Source: Dimorphilus gyrociliatus (taxonomy: Eukaryota; Animalia; Annelida). Taken from it: a stretch of DNA of 64,000 nucleotides. The position numbers were made by a program, and so were the translations under genes. The notes below the pieces were generated by a model, which saw nothing but the letters and a program-made list of their open reading frames with translations, had not been told where the DNA came from and did no database searches. Positions 63,001 to 64,000 of this stretch are shown piece by piece. The first letter of the stretch is position 1, and every line of letters begins with the position of its first letter. The stretch lies in the NCBI GenBank assembly GCA_904063045.1, contig CAJFCJ010000009.1, forward strand, positions 1,922,968 to 1,986,967. The letters are read 5' to 3'.

Positions 63001-64000
63001 GACGATCTGAAACTCTTTAATGGAATTGTTTCTGATTTGTTCCCAAATATTAAGTTAGTTATGCTATTTATATATAAAAGCATTGTTTTGCTAACATTAT
63101 TATTACCTTTAGGGAGGAGCCTATAGATTACGGTTCATTAGAGACGGCCTTGAGAAAATGCTGTACGAAAAATGGTCTAAAAGATGTTGATGGATTTATT
63201 CATAAATGTATACAATTATACGAAACAACAGTTGTAAGACATGGTCTTATGTTGGTTGGTCCAACAGGAAGTGGAAAAACGAAGGTTATTTTTCAAAAAC
63301 TATCGTAAATTAACTTATAAAATATACATTTCGTTTTCAATAGTGCTACGAAACTCTGCAAAAAGCGTCAACATCATTAAAAGGCGAGTTATCGCCGGCT
63401 GGAACAAATTTCGAGACAGTCTTAACTTGCGTACTAAATCCTAAATCTATTACCATGGGCCAATTATACGGTGAATTTGATCTTCTAACTCATGAATGGA
63501 CTGATGGTATTCTATCATCTCTTATTCGTGTTGGAGCCTCCTCAATGGATGAAGATAAGAGATGGTATATGTTTGATGGTCCAGTAGACGCCGTATGGAT
63601 TGAAAATATGAATACTGTTCTAGACGATAACAAAAAACTCTGTTTAAGTTCGGGTGAAATTATTAAATTGACTGAGAACATGACAATGATGTTTGAAGTA
63701 CAAGATTTGGCTGTAGCATCACCAGCCACAGTTTCACGTTGTGGTATGGTCTATCTTGAACCATCAATTCTTGGTTTACAACCATTTGTAGAATGCTGGT
63801 TAAAAAAATTACCTGACCTATTATACTCCTATCGAGATAAATTTCAAAGTTTATTCGATCATTTTCTGGAGCCTTCCATCAATCTGATTAGAAAGAAAAT
63901 GAAGGAGATCGTTCCAAGTGTCGATTCCAATTTAACATATAGCTTGTTAAAAATGTTGGATTGTTTCTTTAAACCATTCCTTCCAAAAGAAGTAAGTAAG
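56851..64000 (+). CDS. DNAH1: Axonemal inner-arm dynein heavy chain 1; 3'-truncated by the window edge
   Basis: DNAH1-type N-terminus ([37 protein letters not shown]); linker motifs [11 protein letters not shown] and [17 protein letters not shown]; AAA1 [10 protein letters not shown]; AAA2 VGPTGSGKT; [30 protein letters not shown]. Confidence 0.95.
60039..60067. repeat. (TA)n microsatellite in the long DNAH1 intron (59875-60459)
   Basis: Read directly. Confidence 0.85.

Overview
Eukaryotic, AT-rich and very gene-dense animal genomic DNA with many short (mostly about 45-90 nt) GT-AG introns. It holds 19 protein-coding genes and one tRNA in 64 kb, and I recognised no transposon. The gene content looks like a compact lophotrochozoan genome; the dwarf annelid Dimorphilus gyrociliatus is a plausible source, but that is inference only. 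Gene order: RPS17 (partial, -), LARGE (-), ESD (-), ashwin/C2orf49 (-), RAB9 (+), tRNA-Thr(AGT), divergent COP1-like RING-WD40 (+), TFCP2/UBP1 family (+), EHBP1 (-), SLC49A3-like MFS (+), CEP131 (-), orphan coiled-coil/Ser-Thr-rich gene (-), ATP9B (+), class C GPCR copy A (-), ABHD1/3-like (+), bicistronic MOCS1A/B (+), NAE1 (-), class C GPCR copies B and C (-), DNAH1 (+, runs off the end). Three observations stand out. (1) The three mGluR-like receptors have strongly diverged Venus-flytrap domains but share nucleotide-identical patches in the 7TM and cysteine-rich regions in a mosaic pattern, and their pockets keep the amino-acid-backbone contacts while lacking the glutamate-selective Arg: a candidate lineage-specific amino-acid chemoreceptor family, possibly ciliary. 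(2) Three splice donors within 10 nt at the MOCS1A stop either fuse A to B or keep/regenerate the -GG-stop end. (3) MOCS1 and NAE1 converge with stops 33 nt apart, each with its nearest AATAAA inside the other's coding sequence. All gene models were assembled by eye and no database searches were run.
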